From: Octopus bimaculoides
Lineage: Eukaryota
DNA length: 57,789 nt
Assembly (NCBI RefSeq): GCF_001194135.2
Contig: NC_068982.1
Span: 20,495,461 to 20,553,249 of the forward strand
Direction of reading: 5' to 3'
Numbering within the stretch: position 1 is the first letter of the stretch; every line of letters starts with the position of its first letter. The translations under genes were made by a program, and so were the position numbers. The notes under the pieces were generated by a model that saw nothing but the letters and a program-made list of their open reading frames with translations, had not been told where the DNA came from and did no database searches. Shown piece after piece: positions 51,237-57,789 of this stretch.

Positions 51237-52391
51237 GTATGTATGTATATATATATATATATATATATATNNNNNNNNNNNNNNNNNNNNNNNNNNNNNN
51301 NNNNNNNNNNNNNNNNNNNNNNNNNNNNNNNNNNNNNNNNNNNNNNNNNNNNNNNNNNNNNNNNNNNNNNNNNNNNNNNNNNNNNNNNNNNNNNNNNNNN
51401 NNNNNNNNNNNNNNNNNNNNNNNNNNNNNNNNNNNNNNNNNNNNNNNNNNNNNNNNNNNNNNNNNNNNNNNNNNNNNNNNNNNNNNNNNNNNNNNNNNNN
51501 NNNNNNNNNNNNNNNNNNNNNNNNNNNNNNNNNNNNNNNNNNNNNNNNNNNNNNNNNNNNNNNNNNNNNNNNNNNNNNNNNNNNNNNNNNNNNNNNNNNN
51601 NNNNNNNNNNNNNNNNNNNNNNNNNNNNNNNNNNNNNNNNNNNNNNNNNNNNNNNNNNNNNNNNNNNNNNNNNNNNNNNNNNNNNNNNNNNNNNNNNNNN
51701 NNNNNNNNNNATATATATATGTGAAAAAACATCGATGCATTTCTGTTTTATCACGTTGTTTTGCTTCTTGTATGACATAGTTATACATAAACGTTTCGTG
51801 TTACTATTCAGGTGCTGAGATGTTTTGTCCTTGGAGACACAAGTAAAAAATGGTGAAGAAATAGAGTTAAAAACACGCAAAAATCATAGATTTCGTATTT
51901 TATAGAAGTCAGCATCAGAGCTCCAAACTATCAGAATATCCCTTGCGCTCATGATATGTTTTATTATAAATGATGCTAGCATAGAAATCATAAACAAATA
52001 TGAAATATTTTATCACTTTCTTAGTTAATTACTTGTTGTAAATATGTTCAACTATTTTATGATGACCTGTATAAAGCAAAATGGCAGTATATTGCGTTGT
52101 CACCTACTTTCTCGAATGTTTCCGCTTTCACTTTCCTTCCGTGTTATGTCGAACATCAACTTCCTGAGTTGGCGCACTGGAAATTCCGAAATCCTGCAAT
52201 GCTTATCAAGGCTGCCGCTTACTTTGTTTTGTCTTATTTGTATTCACTGGTCTGGTTAGGATAAAACAGCTTTTAACGTAGTATAGGAGATTTGAATCGC
52301 TCATTATTCTTGAAAAGTTTTGCAAACAGACAGAAAATCTACGACAACCAGCCAGAACCTATCCACAACAATACCACTACTACTTCTGTTG

Positions 52392-52422
<31 letters not shown>

Positions 52423-52517
52423 TACTACTACTACTACTACTACTATTACTACTACTACCCCATTTTTTTCTTGTCTGGTGACATTTCTTTGAATGATATT
52501 TAGAAAAAATTATCAGT

Positions 52518-52934
52518 AGGAGTGGCTGTGTGGTAAGTAGCTTGCTTACCAACCACATGGTTCCGGGTTCAGTCCCACTGCGTGGCACCTTGGGCAAGTG
52601 TCTTCTACTATAGCCTCGGGCCGACCAAAGCCTTGTGAGTGGATTTGGTAGACGGAAACTGAAAGAAGCCCATCGTATATATATGTATATATATATATAT
52701 ATATATGTGTGTCTGTGTTTCCCCCCCCCCAACATCGCTTTACAACCGATGCTGGTGTGTTTACGTCCCCGTAAGCTAGCGGCTCGGCAAAAGAGACCGA
52801 TAGAATAAGTACTAGGCTTCCAAAGAATAAGTCCTGGGGTAGATTTGCTCGACTAAAGGTGGTGCTCCAGCATGGCCACAGTCAAATGACTAAAACAAGT
52901 AAAAGAGTAAAAGAGTAAAAGAGTAAAAGAGTAA
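52518..52934 (+). mobile_element. SINE family 1, best-preserved copy
   Basis: A box TGGCTGTGTGG, B box GGTTCAGTCCC, ccttgggcaagtgtctt core, internal (TA)/(TG) tract, 3' tail ending (aaaagagt)x4. Confidence 0.95.
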
Positions 52935-54482
52935 TCAAGAAGAGATATTTGCAACTATTTCAACGCATCCGATTGTGGACAATGTTGTCATGAGTAATCT
53001 TTGTGTTTTCTGCGTTTACTTTTCGATCAGCTTTATAGAACAAACATATCCGCTTTCGATTACTTTTGGTTACGTAGATTAGAGTAGTTGCAAGAAACAT
53101 AGTATATATATGCGTGTGTGTGTATGTGTATATATGTATGCATATATGTGTGTGTTCACAAGTGTGTGTGAGTGCTTTTGTGTTTTGTGTGTGTATGTAA
53201 GTTACTGCGTGCATTGTACGAGCTTTTTCATTGCATGTATTGACAAACAATACTTAATGTAATATAATAATTCGGAATATAGTAGCTATTTATTAAGTTT
53301 CATTAAATAATATGAGATGTAGGGAATTAATTCGGTATTATTCAATAACTGTAACTTATTTCTTATGGATGTTGGATGTTGGAATGATAAATGTACAAAA
53401 TATTAGAACCTTATTTCCGAAATATAAACCCATAGATTCGCTATTTGATCCGGAGATTTACTAGGGGATGTTTTGAATTGAAGTTGTTTTCATGTAAGAA
53501 AAGATTATTTTGGTGTGTAAATGAAATGTTTTATTTCTCATTAACAATTAGGACTGATGATTTTTATTTCCCATAGTTTAACATTATCAAGTTAAATTTA
53601 CACATTTTATACATTGTAAAGGCGAGAATGCCTACAAAAGTAAATTACCAAGACTGAAGGAAAGCTTGACTTGTTGGCAAAAGCTTTCCCTTTGCAATTA
53701 ATTATGCCATCCTAGAGAAAGAAATTTAAAGTAAGATCATTCATCAGTGGCTGGGTTCGATTTATGTCTTGTGAAGGAGGCTGAATAAACGAAAATTTTG
53801 TGGAAGCTCATGATAAAATCGGTAACTTTAATTCAAAATGTCAGCCTGACCATGAAATATGACCGGTTTAACCTTCACAAAAAATAACATAAAGGTGCAC
53901 GTATTTATGGAGCATTAGTCCATTCTCAATGTTTTTTCAAATTATAATGCTGTTTGCCAAATGTCTGAAACACACATCGAGGAAACCATCAAAGGAAACT
54001 CTTTGGAAGATCTATTAACTACAATAAGAAAAGATAACTAGTGATACGGTGCAAGAACCATTAAACAAATGACTATATTCACCCCAATGTAAACGTAAGT
54101 TATAATATTTAAACAGTTTTCATTTTAGCACCTTGTAATAAAACAGTATTTGACAGTGTGATAAAAATTAATAGTTATAATATGACAGCATTTCACAAAG
54201 TAATGAGACAAATAGTGTTAACAATTAAACAATACTTCAGAGAGTGACAAGTGTTAATATCGTAATAAAACAATATTTGACATGGCGGGAAAACTAATAG
54301 GATTAGTAATAACACAGTACTTGACACGATGGGAAATGAAATAGTTTTGGTAATAAAATATTATTTTCAAAGTATTATAAATTTAAGATTATTAGTAGCA
54401 AATCTTTATTCTGCTGATCTACATATTGCTAAGCTCTGTTACTATGTCCATGTATGTATATGTACGTATATAGATGTACATA

Positions 54483-54531
<49 letters not shown>

Positions 54532-55229
54532 TTGTGTGTGTATATATGTATATGCTTGTATATATATATGTATATGCTTGTATATATATATGTATATGCT
54601 TGTATATATNNNNNNNNNNNNNNNNNNNNNNNNNNNNNNNNNNNNNTATATATATATATCTATATATATATATGTGCGTGTGTGTGTGTGTGTGTATGTG
54701 TGTGTGTATGTGTGTGTGCATATATATAGTTGAATGAAATTTGGGTATCATTAGAATTGATGGAAAGGGATAAATGAGCGAAATATATTGAAGACATTCT
54801 TCATTTTACATCACTACAGTTGTTTGCGCATATAGTTGCTTCTATAGTACATTAATGAGGTGTTATAATAAGCACATTGTGTAATCACTTGCATCCGTGA
54901 AAGGCGCAAAATTGTTTGTTCAGGTGAATATTATGAATAAAACAAAATGCAATCCGCAGGAACCAAGACTCAAATGAGGAAAGAGCAAAAACGTTTAAAG
55001 GATGCGAGCCAAAGGCATTCTTCCAGAGTTGACAATAAGACAATTAGCAACTCAGAGAGAGAGAGAGATGAGACCAAGAAAAAAAACCCAGGAGCAAACA
55101 GTTGCTACAATCCTTCGCCAGTCTTCAACGGAAAAACGTAAGATTCTTCATCAAGATAGGTTGAACACCCCTGACAACAAATTTGCACCGATCCGAAACA
55201 TGGTTATTCTACAGAGCAATTGACTCATA

Positions 55230-55861
55230 TTGGAGATGCATCAAATGAGTGCAGTTTTTATAAAGGAAAACAATAGGAAACCATTGCTTTTGGGAAATGC
55301 ACCAAGAAGTACGCACTTTTTGAAAAACATTAAGAATTATAATTCTGCTTTTCAAATGACCTCTTTTAGTAGCAATATTATAAGAGAAGGGAACATGAAG
55401 CCAAATTTAAGGTTCAAGGTCATGTATAGCATTATATTGGATTTAAGTTGCTACCTGAAGGCAAAAATCCTCTGGTTTTACAGCTATATTTTGTGAAAGA
55501 TTACAAGGAGCAGGCTTGGCAACGGTCATTTAAACTTCCAAATTTGAAAGAGGAGGTAAACTTTGATCTGCAAAATATGTTGCATGCAGACAATAGTTAC
55601 ATAAGAAGCTTCAAGTATACATTGGAATCTGCACCACCCATTGAATACAAGATTGTTATTGATGGAGACAAAAATATTATTGCTGAGCACAGAGGCCGCT
55701 ACAATGCCCATTCTGCAATTGAAGTAGCAGCAAATATTACAGGCGACGAGTATGGGAAGAGATATCTTATTCAAAGAAGAGGAAATACGATGCAACAGAT
55801 AAATGAAAACCACCGTTCATATGATGCACTCAAGTATCCATTGATCTGTGAATTTGGCTAA
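55230..55861 (+). pseudogene. Helitron Rep/helicase N-terminal region remnant
   Basis: STHFLKNIKNYNSAFQMTSFS...(frameshift)...LLPEGKNPLVLQLYF...LQNMLHADNSYIRSFK...YKIVIDGDK...EHRGRYNA...EVAA...QINENHRSYDALKYPL matches conserved Helitron motifs (FLxNIRxYNSAFQMTSF; HxxRYNAP; HRSYDALQYPL). Confidence 0.9.
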
Positions 55862-55963
55862 GATTAAAAAAGAAAAAAAAAACAAAACAGATATATAATT
55901 TCCTTCAACATATATGACAGAATTTGTCTCCCTTCATAAAAGTGGTAAGTTTTGTAATTTCGT

Positions 55964-55965
<2 letters not shown>

Positions 55966-56028
<63 letters not shown>
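55966..56028. repeat. (ATT)n microsatellite
   Basis: Directly visible. It explains the poly-Y/poly-I ORFs. Confidence 0.95.
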
Positions 56029-57758
56029 TTATGTTTGACTTTTGTTTTGCATTTCTACAAGTTGGATCCAAGTCTCACCCAGAGACCTCAAGAGACAACA
56101 ATTAGAAGTTCATGTAGGTGTTATGCCTAAGGTACCATGTATTTGGATTCGTACAGTTTTGTTCAAGTGAATGTTTAAGAAACCATAAGAAAATTATGTG
56201 TTTGCTTTAAAATTTGAGATCACATAGACAGTATTTTACATAGGATATGGGCAATTCCCATGAGCACTATCTTTTGAACTTCAGCCATTTTGGGGTTTCC
56301 TGGTATNNNNNNNNNNNNNNNNNNNNNNNNNNNNNNNNNNNNNNNNNNNNNNNNNNNNNNNNNNNNNNNNNNNNNNNNNNNNNNNNNNNNNNNNNNNNNN
56401 NNNNNNNNNNNNNNNNNNNNNNNNNNNNNNNNNNNNNNNNNNNNNNNNNNNNNNNNNNNNNNNNNNNNNNNNNNNNNNNNNNNNNNNNNNNNNNNNNNNN
56501 NNNNNNNNNNNNNNNNNNNNNNNNNNNNNNNNNNNNNNNNNNNNNNNNNNNNNNNNNNNNNNNNNNNNNNNNNNNNNNNNNNNNNNNNNNNNNNNNNNNN
56601 NNNNNNNNNNNNNNNNNNNNNNNNNNNNNNNNNNNNNNNNNNNNNNNNNNNNNNNNNNNNNNNNNNNNNNNNNNNNNNNNNNNNNNNNNNNNNNNNNNNN
56701 NNNNNNNNNNNNNNNNNNNNNNNNNNNNNNNNNNNNNNNNNNNNNNNNNNNNNNNNNNNNNNNNNNNNNNNNNNNNNNNNNNNNNNNNNNNNNNNNNNNN
56801 NNNNNNNNNNNNNNNNNNNNNNNNNNNNNNNNNNNNNNNNNNNNNNNNNNNNNNNNNNNNNNNNNNNNNNNNNNNNNNNNNNNNNNNNNNNNNNNNNNNN
56901 NNNNNNNNNNNNNNNNNNNNNNNNNNNNNNNNNNNNNNNNNNNNNNNNNNNNNNNNNNNNNNNNNNNNNNNNNNNNNNNNNNNNNNNNNNNNNNNNNNNN
57001 NNNNNNNNNNNNNNNNNNNNNNNNNNNNNNNNNNNNNNNNNNNNNNNNNNNNNNNNNNNNNNNNNNNNNNNNNNNNNNNNNNNNNNNNNNNNNNNNNNNN
57101 NNNNNNNNNNNNNNNNNNNNNNNNNNNNNNNNNNNNNNNNNNNNNNNNNNNNNNNNNNNNNNNNNNNNNNNNNNNNNNNNNNNNNNNNNNNNNNNNNNNN
57201 NNNNNNNNNNNNNNNNNNNNNNNNNNNNNNNNNNNNNNNNNNNTATATTCACATATATATATATATTCACATATATATATATATAAAGGAAAGCTGTAGG
57301 TATATAAGAAAAGGCAGAATATTTCTTTTCTGAACGCGAATGATGAAGCTTTAGAAAAGATTACAAAACACATGAATCAAAGTCTCATTATTTGCTAAAG
57401 ACAAACAGATAATAACTAGTCCACATCTATTTCGTAGAGAACTAGCTTTTCTATGGATTTAAGTATATGCTGCGGAAGCATTCAAAACGCACTGACTTGC
57501 ATCTTATATAATCCGATGGCTGCAAAGTTTCATAGAGACACGGCTATTATAGGCACATATTCATCCTCACAAAGTTTAGTAGACATGGTTATAGTTAGGC
57601 ACATGACCAACCTCTCATGCACCAGTCGCAGTCCGTTGAATTGGCAATTTTCTCACACCTGTTAAAACTATTTCAAGATTTTATCCCACTTTTGGGTGGC
57701 CTATGTATGTATTCTTTATGTATGCAGATGCATATATATGTATATATGTATATATGCA

Positions 57759-57789
<31 letters not shown>

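Overview
AT-rich eukaryotic draft-assembly DNA with 14 N-gaps and dense (TA)n/(TG)n/(GA)n/trinucleotide microsatellites. The repeat types resemble those of a cephalopod (octopus-like) genome, which is my inference. I found no complete protein-coding gene, bona fide tRNA/rRNA gene or CRISPR array, and almost all supplied ORFs are microsatellite or gap artefacts. Recognisable content is decayed mobile DNA: two Penelope-like GIY-YIG remnants, a mariner remnant, a Tc1-like 3' fragment, a Helitron Rep-region remnant, Dong/R4-like and possible RTE-like LINE remnants, at least seven copies of tRNA-derived SINEs (three families) and a small MITE. A few short splice-site-bounded open segments may be exons of an unidentified host gene. 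The most interesting signal is a set of unrelated short non-coding repeats that each carry a minimal type I hammerhead-ribozyme-like motif with a palindromic helix III (2.9 kb, 13.4 kb, 18.6/22.6 kb; weaker at 46.2 kb and 5.4 kb). Three of them also have an inverted 5' duplicate. One fuses a tRNA-derived Pol III head to the hammerhead, suggesting non-autonomous Penelope-mobilised 'ribozyme SINEs'. All alignments and folds were done by eye.
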